From: Candidatus Omnitrophota bacterium
GTDB taxonomy: Bacteria; Omnitrophota; Omnitrophia; Omnitrophales; Aquincolibacteriaceae
Direction: 5' to 3'
NCBI GenBank assembly: GCA_043732705.1
Contig: JAYTHE010000029.1
Span: 70,445-134,444, forward strand
DNA length: 64,000 nt
Shown: positions 34,595-44,620 of the stretch, in pieces
How positions within the stretch are numbered: the first letter of the stretch is position 1
How the letters are laid out: each line of letters opens with the position of its first letter
The notes under the pieces: model-generated
The model's database searches: none
What the model saw: only the letters and a program-made list of their open reading frames with translations
Told to the model about the DNA's origin: nothing
Program-made: the position numbers and the translations under genes

Positions 34595-34667
34595 AGCTGA
34601 AGATGGGAATCGAACCCACGACCTCGTCCTTACCAAGGACGTGCTCTACCAACTGAGCTACTTCAGC
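34595..34667 (-). tRNA. trnT: tRNA-Thr (GGT)
   Basis: GCTGAAG acceptor stem, anticodon loop TTGGTAA, GTTCGATTC T-loop; upstream of tuf. Confidence 0.96.
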
Positions 34668-34754
34668 ACCAGCTGAAGGCAAAAAATCTCTCTCAACCTT
34701 TTTGGGGTAGAGAATACCCATAGGGACTCTGGTCCTGAGGATAAAAGAGCTGAC

Positions 34755-34782
34755 ATTCTATCCTCGGTTTTTCGCATGTCAA
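34755..34782 (-). promoter_or_regulatory. Sigma70-type promoter for trnT-tuf superoperon
   Basis: TTGACA-16 bp-TAGAAT on minus strand, AT-rich upstream. Confidence 0.65.
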
Positions 34783-34980
34783 TTCTTTTTTAGGAAATTT
34801 TTTAACTTTTTTTTGAACACGTCCCAATCTAAAAATTAGGCTGTTAAACTGCCAAAAAACTTGAAAAGTATCGCTAAAAAAAGAATGTTTCCTTTTTTTA
34901 ATAATATTTATTTATAGTTAATTTTATATGTAAATTGATAGCGATAGATAGTTTTTGACATTTTTAATTTTTCCGGAAAC

Positions 34981-35008
34981 TTGACCGAATATTTTTACTG
35001 TATATAAT
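34981..35008 (+). promoter_or_regulatory. Sigma70-type promoter for gpmA
   Basis: TTGACC-16 bp-TATAAT. Confidence 0.6.
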
Positions 35009-35054
35009 GCCGCGTCTTTCAAGCAATACCTGACTCAATATTAACGGAGAAACT

Positions 35055-35693
35055 ATGCCGACTTTAATTCTTATCCGCCATGGAGAATCACAATGGAATC
35101 TTGAAAACCGTTTCACCGGCTGGGTGGATGTCGAGCTTTCCGCAAAGGGCGTCAATGAAGCCAATGAGGCCGGCAAGAAATTGGCCGGCTATAAAATCGA
35201 TAAGGCTTATACTTCTATTCTTAAACGCGCGATCAATACGCTGGACCTTGCTCTTCAGTCAGCGGGAAAAACCGGCCTTCCGATCATACGCGATAAAGCT
35301 TTAAACGAACGCCATTACGGCGCCTTACAAGGTTTGAATAAAGCCGAAACCGCCAATTTATATAGTGATGAGCAGGTTCATATTTGGCGCCGCAGCTATG
35401 ATGTGCCGCCCCCAACAGAAAAAACAGATTTTAATCCGGAAGGCTTCAGCGAAAGCTTGAAAGATACCGCTGCGCGCGCCGTACCTTATTTTGAAAAAAA
35501 TATTGCCGCAGATTTAAAAGCCGGAAAAAATGTGATTGTTGCCGCGCATGGCAACAGCTTGCGCGCAATCGTCATGCACTTAGAAAAAATGACCAAAGAG
35601 CAAGTTTTGGAATTGAATATTCCAACCGCAACGCCGCTCGTTTATGAGCTCGATAATAATTTGAAAATTATTTCAAAAAAGATACTGAAGTGA
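35055..35693 (+). CDS. gpmA: 2,3-bisphosphoglycerate-dependent phosphoglycerate mutase
   Basis: RHGESQWN, RFTGW, LNERHYGALQG, AHGNSLR. Confidence 0.97.
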   Translation: MPTLILIRHGESQWNLENRFTGWVDVELSAKGVNEANEAGKKLAGYKIDKAYTSILKRAINTLDLALQSAGKTGLPIIRDKALNERHYGALQGLNKAETANLYSDEQVHIWRRSYDVPPPTEKTDFNPEGFSESLKDTAARAVPYFEKNIAADLKAGKNVIVAAHGNSLRAIVMHLEKMTKEQVLELNIPTATPLVYELDNNLKIISKKILK

Positions 35694-35738
35694 AATAAGC
35701 AAATCATTTACGGAACAACGTAAATGGTATTGCGAATT

Positions 35739-35796
35739 TCATCCCCGCGAAAGCGGGAATCTAATCCCACTGGATTCCCGCCTGCGCGGGAATGAC
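35739..35796. repeat. REP-like double-hairpin palindromic element
   Basis: TCATCCCCGCGAAAGCGGGAATCTA...TGGATTCCCGCCTGCGCGGGAATGAC, two inverted ATTCCCGC-N-GCGGGAAT units between convergent genes. Confidence 0.75.
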
Positions 35797-35819
35797 AAAC
35801 AACCGGCTTTTAGCTCTAA

Positions 35820-36599
35820 CTAGTGAGTCGCAGAATTAGGGTTTGTTTCCGCGGCTTTAGACAGTACTTCGAATTCTGCTTCAGCCGCTTCGCGCCTGGC
35901 TTCATTGTCGGCGTGTTCGCGGATTTCCTCCTCTACAGAAGAGGCAATTCCATGATATTGCGGCGCGGGCAGAAGCGGCGCATTACCCTCTTCATTTAAA
36001 CCGATACGCTGAAAAAGTTCACGCGCGAAAATCTGCGCAACAACCCTGAAATTTGATTTTTCCCCGACGCTGAATTCTTTATTTTGGAAATCATATTTTT
36101 TCTTTTTTAGAAGCGGGGAAGTCGCGTCTGTTTCGACAACTTCATTAACTGAAATCCGCGTTTCAACCGGCGACAAACCAAGTCCCCGGTTTTTTTTGCG
36201 CGCGTCTTCCGGCTGCACCAGCAAATGGAAATTCAAATGGCCGCTGACCCGGCGCATGAGAGCAATTTTGTTGATTTGAATATCGAGCAAAACCGGCTTT
36301 AAATCGCCTTCGCTGAAGAAGCCCCTGCTCCTGTCAAAACGCATGTCCACCCGCTCAATTTCGAGCATGTCACCGCGCGGAAAACCATAGGGATTCCCAA
36401 CTTTGAGCTTCTCTAAAATAATGCCGGGTAAAGACAAGTCGATTTGCGCCTTCTGAATCGAGATATCGGTATCCCAATAAAGACCCAGCGAAGACGAAAG
36501 CGCGGTCTTCAAAAGGAGTCCGTTGAAAAGAATGCCGAGCGCAATGATCAAAAGAAATACCTGCACCCAAAAGATAAAAAAACGTACGATTTTGTTCAT
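35820..36599 (-). CDS. Hypothetical protein, N-terminal TM, AsmA-like beta-rich N-terminal region
   Basis: Signal anchor followed by LEKLKVGNPYGF, typical of AsmA-like N-termini. Confidence 0.55.
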   Translation of the reverse strand: MNKIVRFFIFWVQVFLLIIALGILFNGLLLKTALSSSLGLYWDTDISIQKAQIDLSLPGIILEKLKVGNPYGFPRGDMLEIERVDMRFDRSRGFFSEGDLKPVLLDIQINKIALMRRVSGHLNFHLLVQPEDARKKNRGLGLSPVETRISVNEVVETDATSPLLKKKKYDFQNKEFSVGEKSNFRVVAQIFARELFQRIGLNEEGNAPLLPAPQYHGIASSVEEEIREHADNEARREAAEAEFEVLSKAAETNPNSATH

Positions 36600-36606
36600 G
36601 TATTAC

Positions 36607-36634
36607 TTGACAATTTACTTTCTTTCAGCATAAT
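36607..36634 (+). promoter_or_regulatory. Sigma70-type promoter for atp operon
   Basis: TTGACA-16 bp-CATAAT. Confidence 0.6.
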
Positions 36635-36696
36635 ATTCGCGGTTTCATTTATTTTATAAATGCTTGAAGCCATTGGGGTTGTGACAATTATAATGT

Positions 36697-37002
36697 TTGG
36701 CACACCGTTCGTGTTTGGCCGCCAAGGACCAGCAAATTCTTAATAACTTAAAAATTTTCGGGCTCGCACTCACCATTCCTACGGTTTTGGTTTGCGGACC
36801 TCTGCTGGGATATGGCATTGCTTGTGCTTTAATCAAAAAGGGGATGTCCCCTTCTTTAGCCTTGCCTCTGCTAGTAGGTGCGGGATCTATTTTAGCATTA
36901 GTCCAAACTTTTAGAACGGTTAAATTGATTTCAAAAGCAGAGACGACCAGCGCTAAAGGGACAGAGGCTAAAGAAATTCATGACCGAGAGCATACAAAGT
37001 GA
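36697..37002 (+). CDS. AtpZ/AtpI-like small membrane protein (ATP synthase gene 1)
   Basis: Two TM helices, GPLLGYGIA; first gene of atp operon. Confidence 0.6.
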   Translation: MAHRSCLAAKDQQILNNLKIFGLALTIPTVLVCGPLLGYGIACALIKKGMSPSLALPLLVGAGSILALVQTFRTVKLISKAETTSAKGTEAKEIHDREHTK

Positions 37003-37828
37003 ACATATTGCCGGAGCTGCAGCAAATCATGAAGCAGTTCACGAAGCGCACGAGTTCCCCAACTTCATCCACTTACTTTCCGACCGCTTCCACGATTCCG
37101 CCATTTTGCATTTTATGCATCAGTGGGAAAACCTTTTTTTCTCAGGAACAATTTTAGTTCTCATTTCCTCCATCCTTTTGATTGCTGCTGCGCGTGACAC
37201 ATTGATTCCGGATGTTTTTCGAAATGCGGTCGAAGCGCTTGTCGAAGGCATTGAAAATTTCATTGTCAGCATCTTGGGCGAAGAAGGCCGCAAGCATGTT
37301 CCTTTTTTAGGCACAACTTTTCTTTATATCTTCTTCATGAATTACTGCGGGTTGTTTCCTTTTTTTAAATCTCCGACTTCTTCTTTAAACACTACGATTC
37401 CTTTGGCTTTGATTGCGGTTTGTTATATTCAATATTGGGGGCTTCGCGAACTAGGTTTTAAAAAATATTTACTGCATATCGCCGGCAGCCCGGAAGGCAT
37501 CGCCTCGTGGATCATCGGCGTCATTCTGCTTTTCCCGCTTAATATCATGCTTGAGTTCCTCGCTGTTCCATTAAGTTTATCCGTTCGTCTCTTCGCGAAC
37601 GTCTCGAGTGAAGACTCTTTGCTTTATCAATTTTCGCGCATTGTTTTGCGTTCATATTTATTCGCTTTTCCGCTGCAGCTTTTTGGAAATGCCCTCGCGT
37701 TTCTTTTCAGCGGAATTCAAGCTTTCGTTTTTACTTTGCTGACAACCGTTTATATCAAAGCCATGATGCCCGGTGAACATGGCCCCGAACACTCTGAGTC
37801 TTTGACTCAACCGGTATCGGGACATTAA
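36980..37828 (+). CDS. atpB: ATP synthase F0 subunit a
   Basis: SPTSSLNTT, LSLSVRLFANV, IQAFVFTLLT. Confidence 0.96.
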   Translation: MTESIQSEHIAGAAANHEAVHEAHEFPNFIHLLSDRFHDSAILHFMHQWENLFFSGTILVLISSILLIAAARDTLIPDVFRNAVEALVEGIENFIVSILGEEGRKHVPFLGTTFLYIFFMNYCGLFPFFKSPTSSLNTTIPLALIAVCYIQYWGLRELGFKKYLLHIAGSPEGIASWIIGVILLFPLNIMLEFLAVPLSLSVRLFANVSSEDSLLYQFSRIVLRSYLFAFPLQLFGNALAFLFSGIQAFVFTLLTTVYIKAMMPGEHGPEHSESLTQPVSGH

Positions 37829-37879
37829 GACAATAATTTTAGAAACAAATTTTTCAAATTAAATTAAGGAGATCAGACA

Positions 37880-38104
37880 ATGTTAACTAAAGAAATCGTA
37901 CTCGCTTTCGCAATTCCTCTCGGCCTCGGCATCGCTGCTTTGGGCTGCGGTATCGGCATCGGTAACGCCGTGAACGGCGCCATGCAGGCTATCGGCCGTC
38001 AACCTGAAGCTTCCGGAAAAATTATTCCGAATATGCTTATCGGATGCGCTTTGATCGAAGCTCTTACACTTTACGTGTTCGCGCTTGCACTCATGAAAAT
38101 CTGA
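37880..38104 (+). CDS. atpE: ATP synthase F0 subunit c
   Basis: GxGxGxG, GRQPEA, LIEALTLY (no Ser/Thr after Glu, so probably H+-type). Confidence 0.97.
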   Translation: MLTKEIVLAFAIPLGLGIAALGCGIGIGNAVNGAMQAIGRQPEASGKIIPNMLIGCALIEALTLYVFALALMKI

Positions 38105-38124
38105 TCTGAAACAAAAATGCACGT

Positions 38125-38610
38125 ATGAATATTGTTCCAGCAGAAATTTTAGTCCAGCTTGTCGCTTTTCTGATTGCGTTTTTCACGCTGAGAAAGTACG
38201 CGTGGATTCCGATGCAAAAATCACTCGCCGCGCGCCGTGACCACATCAAATGCAGTATTGAAGATGTGGAACGCGCTAAAGCCGAGATGGAAAAGCTGAA
38301 AGCGGAATACCAGGAACTTCTCAAGAGAATCGAAGATGAAGGCCGTATTAAAATGGCTGAAGTCGTCGAGGCCGGCCGCCTGATCGCGAAAGAGACCCAG
38401 GATAAAGCCCGTGAAGAAGCTCAGCGCACTTTTGATAAAACAAAAGCTGCGCTTGATTTGGAAGTCGCGAAAGCGCGCATCACCATGCGCCGTGAAATCG
38501 CCGATCTTTCGATTCATGTTGCTGAAAAAATTTTAGGCGATCATTTAAGTGACGGCAAACAGCGCGAAAAAGCTTCGCAGCTCGTAGATCAATTCGAAAA
38601 ATCATTATGA
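38125..38610 (+). CDS. atpF: ATP synthase F0 subunit b
   Basis: N-terminal TM, KYAWIP, coiled coil, VAEKIL. Confidence 0.94.
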   Translation: MNIVPAEILVQLVAFLIAFFTLRKYAWIPMQKSLAARRDHIKCSIEDVERAKAEMEKLKAEYQELLKRIEDEGRIKMAEVVEAGRLIAKETQDKAREEAQRTFDKTKAALDLEVAKARITMRREIADLSIHVAEKILGDHLSDGKQREKASQLVDQFEKSL

Positions 38611-39191
38611 AAGACGCAGGAATTATCGCCAAACGCTACGCGGAAGCCCTTTTCAACCTCTGCCTGAAGGAAAAGAACCTTGGGGTGGTTGAAAAGTCTT
38701 TTGATTCGTTTGTAAATGAAACCACGAAGAACACAACTTTCGTGCACTTCATGGAGAGCCCCGTGATTCCGCATAAAAGCAAAGAAGCTGTGCTTGAAAA
38801 AATTATTCCTCAAGGAATGCCGCCGCTCTTGGTGCTTTTTTTGAAACTGGTCCTGGCTAAAAAAAGGTTTGAAGTTTTGACTTTGATCGAAAAAACTTTT
38901 CAACAGCGCTCGGAACGCTATCGCGGTGTTCATCGGGCGGAATTAACCACGGCGGTTGCCGTGGAGCTCGCGGCAGAAAAAAAACTAACCGCACTGCTTG
39001 AAAAGAAATTTTCTCGAGAGAAAATTTCGGCTTCTGAGCCTTCGGCTCAACCGGAAGTTATTCTTACAAAAAAAGTTGATCCCAAAATATTGGGCGGATT
39101 TATTTTAAAATGGGATGAGCTCGTCGTTGATGCGAGCTATCAAACAAAATTACGCGAAATGAAGCAGCGGCTCTATGCCACCGCGATCTAA
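38607..39191 (+). CDS. atpH: ATP synthase F1 subunit delta
   Basis: IAKRYAEALF, VDPKILGGF, VDAS. Confidence 0.95.
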   Translation: MKDAGIIAKRYAEALFNLCLKEKNLGVVEKSFDSFVNETTKNTTFVHFMESPVIPHKSKEAVLEKIIPQGMPPLLVLFLKLVLAKKRFEVLTLIEKTFQQRSERYRGVHRAELTTAVAVELAAEKKLTALLEKKFSREKISASEPSAQPEVILTKKVDPKILGGFILKWDELVVDASYQTKLREMKQRLYATAI

Positions 39192-39219
39192 TACAATTTA
39201 AAATCTTGCCTTGCTGGAA

Positions 39220-39345
39220 GCAAACAGTTCAAAAAGCTTCAGATGCAAGGCGCAGACGAGCAACCGAGGAGGCGTACTGAAAACGTACGTCGCACGAGCG
39301 TTGCGAAGTTTGTAACGCAGCAGATGAATTTTTTCAACTGTTTGC
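39220..39345. mobile_element. MITE-like non-autonomous element in atpH-atpA spacer
   Basis: Terminal inverted repeats GCAAACAGTTCAAAAA / TTTTTCAACTGTTTGC enclosing 126 bp; no transposase. Confidence 0.6.
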
Positions 39346-39367
39346 GCAACAAAAGGAATGAACCATT

Positions 39368-40873
39368 ATGTTGAAGGCTGATGAAGTAACACAGGCGCTC
39401 GAAAAAGAAATCGCAAAGTATCAATCGAAGCTCGACATTGAATCGGTTGGATATGTGCTTCAAGTCGGCGACGGAATCGCGCGCGTGCACGGACTTGAAA
39501 CCGTCATGGCCGGCGAACTCGTCACATTCGAAGACGGCACCGCCGGGCTCGTTTTGAACCTTGAACCCAGCCAGGTCGGCGTGGTTATTCTCGGTGATGA
39601 CCGCAAGATTAAAGAAGGCGGCATGGTTAAACGTACGGGCAAAATCGCTGAAGTTCCCGTTGGCCCGGCATTAAAAGGCCGCGTAGTGAATCCGCTCGGC
39701 GAACCACTGGACGGCAAAGGCCCAATTGTTTCCAATAAAAAACGTCCGATTGAAACGCTGCCTCCATCAGTGATTCAACGCCAGCCCGTTAAAGAGCCTT
39801 TGCAAACAGGTATCAAAGCCGTCGATGCCATGATTCCAATCGGACGCGGACAACGCGAATTAATTATCGGTGACCGTCAAACCGGGAAAACCGCGATTAT
39901 TGTTGATACCATCATCAATCAGAAAGGCACAGGCATTCACTGTATTTATGTCGCGATCGGACAAAAACTTTCCAGCGTTCTCGCGCTTGCGAAAAAATTC
40001 GAAGAGCATGGCGCAATGGAATTCACGACCATTGTGTGCGCTTCTTCGAATGATCCCGCTCCGCTTCAATACTTAGCGCCTTATGCCGGCTGCGCAATCG
40101 GCGAAGAAGTCATGCATACGGGCGGTCATGCGCTTGTCGCGTTTGACGATCTTTCCAAGCACGCCGTCGCTTACCGTCAGTTGTCATTGCTTTTGCAGCG
40201 CCCGCCCGGACGTGAAGCTTATCCCGGAGACGTTTTCTATATTCACTCGCGACTGCTTGAACGCGCCGCGAAAATGCGTGAAGATTTGGGCGGCGGTTCT
40301 TTAACGGCTTTGCCCGTTATTGAAACTCAGCTCGGCGACGTCTCGGCTTATATTCCAACCAACGTAATTTCGATTACGGACGGACAGATTTATCTCGAAA
40401 CCGATTTGTTTTACGCGGGTGTTCGGCCGGCGATTAACGTCGGTCTTTCCGTTTCACGCGTGGGCGGTAATGCTCAAACCAAAGCGATGAAACAAGTTGC
40501 GGGAACTTTGCGTCTGGCGCTTGCGCAGTACCGCGAACTCGCGGCATTCGCCCAGCTTTCAACCGACCTTGATAAAGCAACGAAAGACCAGTTGACACGC
40601 GGTGAACGCATGGTTGAACTTTTGAAGCAAGACGTTTTTGAACCGCAGCCTTTCGAAAAGCAGGTTGCGATTCTTTTAGCCGGAAACGAAGGTATCTTGG
40701 ATGACATCCCGCTGAAACGTTTGCGTGATTTCGAAACCGGTTATTTCCAATTTTTGGATTCAAATTACGCTGATGCTGTCAAAGACATCCAAAAAAATAA
40801 AAAACTTTCGGATGAAGTCAAAACGAAATTAAAGCAAGCTGCGGTTACATTCAAACAATCATTCAAGCAGTAA
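39368..40873 (+). CDS. atpA: ATP synthase F1 subunit alpha
   Basis: [21 protein letters not shown]. Confidence 0.99.
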   Translation: MLKADEVTQALEKEIAKYQSKLDIESVGYVLQVGDGIARVHGLETVMAGELVTFEDGTAGLVLNLEPSQVGVVILGDDRKIKEGGMVKRTGKIAEVPVGPALKGRVVNPLGEPLDGKGPIVSNKKRPIETLPPSVIQRQPVKEPLQTGIKAVDAMIPIGRGQRELIIGDRQTGKTAIIVDTIINQKGTGIHCIYVAIGQKLSSVLALAKKFEEHGAMEFTTIVCASSNDPAPLQYLAPYAGCAIGEEVMHTGGHALVAFDDLSKHAVAYRQLSLLLQRPPGREAYPGDVFYIHSRLLERAAKMREDLGGGSLTALPVIETQLGDVSAYIPTNVISITDGQIYLETDLFYAGVRPAINVGLSVSRVGGNAQTKAMKQVAGTLRLALAQYRELAAFAQLSTDLDKATKDQLTRGERMVELLKQDVFEPQPFEKQVAILLAGNEGILDDIPLKRLRDFETGYFQFLDSNYADAVKDIQKNKKLSDEVKTKLKQAAVTFKQSFKQ

Positions 40874-40925
40874 CATTTGGGTGGTTTTACATAAAGTAAA
40901 ACCACCGTTTATAAAAAGCTAAATT

Positions 40926-41810
40926 ATGAGCGGTCAACTACGTACATTAAAAAATCGAATCCGCAGTATTTCCAGCACAAAGAAAATCACGCGTGCGATG
41001 GAAATGGTGTCGGCGTCCAAGCTCAAGCGCTATCAAAAAATGGTGCAGGACGGCGCTGCCTATGCGGAAGGCTTACTTAATCTTTTGAAACGTGTTAGCG
41101 CCAGCAGCGCCGAAGCGACTCATCCCCTTTTAGAAAAAAGGCCTGAGAAAAAGAAAGCATTAATCGTTTTTACTTCGGATGCGGGCCTTGCTGGTTCTTA
41201 TAATCAGGACTTAATTGGCGCTGCCGGAAAATTTTTAAAAAATGAAAAAGAAGCTCCGGTTCTGCTGGGTGTGGGAAAAATGGGCGTTCAATTTTTGAAG
41301 AAATCGGGCTCTGATTTCGAAAAAATCTTTATCGAAACCAAGGCCGCGGAAATTGAAAACGTTATTACATCTATTAAAGACACCACCCTGGAACTTTTCA
41401 TGTCAAAACGCGTGGATGCAATCTACGTCACTTACAGCCGCTTTATCAGCGCTTCCCGCTTTCAAGCAGTTACGGAAAAACTATTACCTTTCACGCTCGA
41501 TGCGGTAAAAACAAAATCCCCTGCCGAAGAAACTAAAAAACCTACGGAAGAAAATTACATCATGGAGCCTGACGCGAATGCTTTATTTGAAAAATTAGTG
41601 CCGGCGGTTTTCAGCATGCGTATCCGCAGTATTTTTCTTGAATCTTTTGTGAGCGAACAGATGGCACGCATGAACGCCATGCATCAAGCAACTGAAAACG
41701 CTTCGGAATTGATCGACGAACTTGTGCTTGAACGCAATAAAGCGCGTCAAGCCGCGATTACTAAAGAACTTATTGAAATTATTTCCGGTTCCAAAGCTAT
41801 GAAGGCTTGA
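40926..41810 (+). CDS. atpG: ATP synthase F1 subunit gamma
   Basis: KITRAMEMVSASK, NKARQAAITKE. Confidence 0.98.
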   Translation: MSGQLRTLKNRIRSISSTKKITRAMEMVSASKLKRYQKMVQDGAAYAEGLLNLLKRVSASSAEATHPLLEKRPEKKKALIVFTSDAGLAGSYNQDLIGAAGKFLKNEKEAPVLLGVGKMGVQFLKKSGSDFEKIFIETKAAEIENVITSIKDTTLELFMSKRVDAIYVTYSRFISASRFQAVTEKLLPFTLDAVKTKSPAEETKKPTEENYIMEPDANALFEKLVPAVFSMRIRSIFLESFVSEQMARMNAMHQATENASELIDELVLERNKARQAAITKELIEIISGSKAMKA

Positions 41811-41849
41811 GAGCCGCGCTAACATTTGGTTTTTAAATATAAAATTTAA

Positions 41850-43337
<1,488 letters not shown>

Positions 43338-43453
43338 TATTTGCCTCTGCGTTGTTTTTTAGTCTCTGCGTTTCACGCAACCGACAATAAAAATAACGCA
43401 ATTGGCAAAAACAAATTCCGGTTGCGCTTTGGCGCAGAGGAAAAAGAATACAG

Positions 43454-43714
43454 ATGAGCTACAACCTACAGATCATTACACCGCAGGGAAAAGTTTACGA
43501 TGCTGAGGTCGAGCATGCACAGGTTCCGGGCGATCCCGGCTCCTTCGGCGTGCTTTCCAATCATGCGGCGCTTATCTCCTCTTCAACGGGCGGCAAGCTG
43601 TCAATCCGCGAAAAAGGCGGCAAAAACAGCTCTTTTACCGTAGGCGCAGGATTTTTTGAAACCCGTAAGAATCAGGCCGTATTTTTGGCCGAATCTTTTG
43701 CGGAACGTACCTAA
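43454..43714 (+). CDS. atpC: ATP synthase F1 subunit epsilon (beta-sandwich only)
   Basis: LQIITPQG, GSFGVLSNHA; 86 aa. Confidence 0.93.
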   Translation: MSYNLQIITPQGKVYDAEVEHAQVPGDPGSFGVLSNHAALISSSTGGKLSIREKGGKNSSFTVGAGFFETRKNQAVFLAESFAERT

Positions 43715-43717
43715 TCA

Positions 43718-44218
43718 ATGAAAGCGCTTTTCTTCTGGCTCTTTTCGGTCATTTCTGTCGTCAGTGCGCTGAGTATTTTATTTGTAAGACGGCCCACACG
43801 CGCTTTGCTCGGCCTTCTGGTTTCCATGCTTTGCTTAAGCGTACTTTATACTTTGCTGCATGCCTATTTCGTTGCCATCGTGCATTTGATTGTCTATGCC
43901 GGTGCGGTCATGGTACTTTTTCTTTTTGTGATCATGCTGCAAGGTTTAGGCGCTACAACACTTCCGCTTCTCGAGAGATTCAATAAAGGTCATTTGATTT
44001 TGACCGTTCTTTCTGGTGCGATATTTGTGACACTTTTAACCGTTATTTTTTCAAACGCCAAGCTGCCTGCCTTACAAAATCCGGAAGGCACGGTAGAAAA
44101 CTTAGGGCACATTTTGTTTTCCAATTATATTCTGCCCTTTGAACTTATTTCCGTTTTGGTTCTTCTGGGTATTTTTGCCGCCGTAACCTTAGCAAAAAAT
44201 GAAAGGGCGGCGGCATGA
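43718..44218 (+). CDS. nuoJ: NADH-quinone oxidoreductase subunit J
   Basis: LIVYAGAVMVLFLFVIML, YILPFELIS. Confidence 0.95.
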   Translation: MKALFFWLFSVISVVSALSILFVRRPTRALLGLLVSMLCLSVLYTLLHAYFVAIVHLIVYAGAVMVLFLFVIMLQGLGATTLPLLERFNKGHLILTVLSGAIFVTLLTVIFSNAKLPALQNPEGTVENLGHILFSNYILPFELISVLVLLGIFAAVTLAKNERAAA

Positions 44219-44523
44219 CAACTATCCCTTCTGAATATTATTTAGTCTTGGCCGGCATTCTTTTTTCCATCGGTCTTTTCGGGATTTTACTGCGCCGTAA
44301 CATCCTGATTATTCTTTTGTGTCTGGAACTGATGCTGAATGCCGCAAATCTTGTTTTAGTCACCGCCTCTTCGGTTCATGGCCATACTGACGGCCAAATT
44401 ATGGCCTTTTTTGTGATGGTGATTGCCGCGGTGGAAGTCACTATCGGCCTCGCGATTGCTGTTTTACTTTTTAAAGAAAAAAATACCGTCGACACCGGAG
44501 AGATTACATCTCTCAAAGGTTAA
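44215..44523 (+). CDS. nuoK: NADH-quinone oxidoreductase subunit K
   Basis: LELMLNAANL, AAVEVTIGLA. Confidence 0.96.
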   Translation: MTTIPSEYYLVLAGILFSIGLFGILLRRNILIILLCLELMLNAANLVLVTASSVHGHTDGQIMAFFVMVIAAVEVTIGLAIAVLLFKEKNTVDTGEITSLKG

Positions 44524-44616
44524 AACTTAAAAGTCAAAACTCAAAACCTAAAACTTGCTCGAACAACTTTGGGTTCCAAGCTATGGTTTTAAGATTTTAG
44601 ATTTAAATTTTGAGCT
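44520..44616. repeat. AT-rich palindromic element of A/T-tract units (family 2, copy 1)
   Basis: AAAAGTCAAAACTCAAAACC...GCTATGGTTTTAAGATTTTAG; related to 51573-51673 and 52128-52228. Confidence 0.55.
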
Positions 44617-44620
44617 TATT

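Noticed and set aside
34780-34970. AT-rich stretch as replication origin
   Set aside because: No clear DnaA-box cluster; explained as the divergent promoter region between trnT and gpmA.
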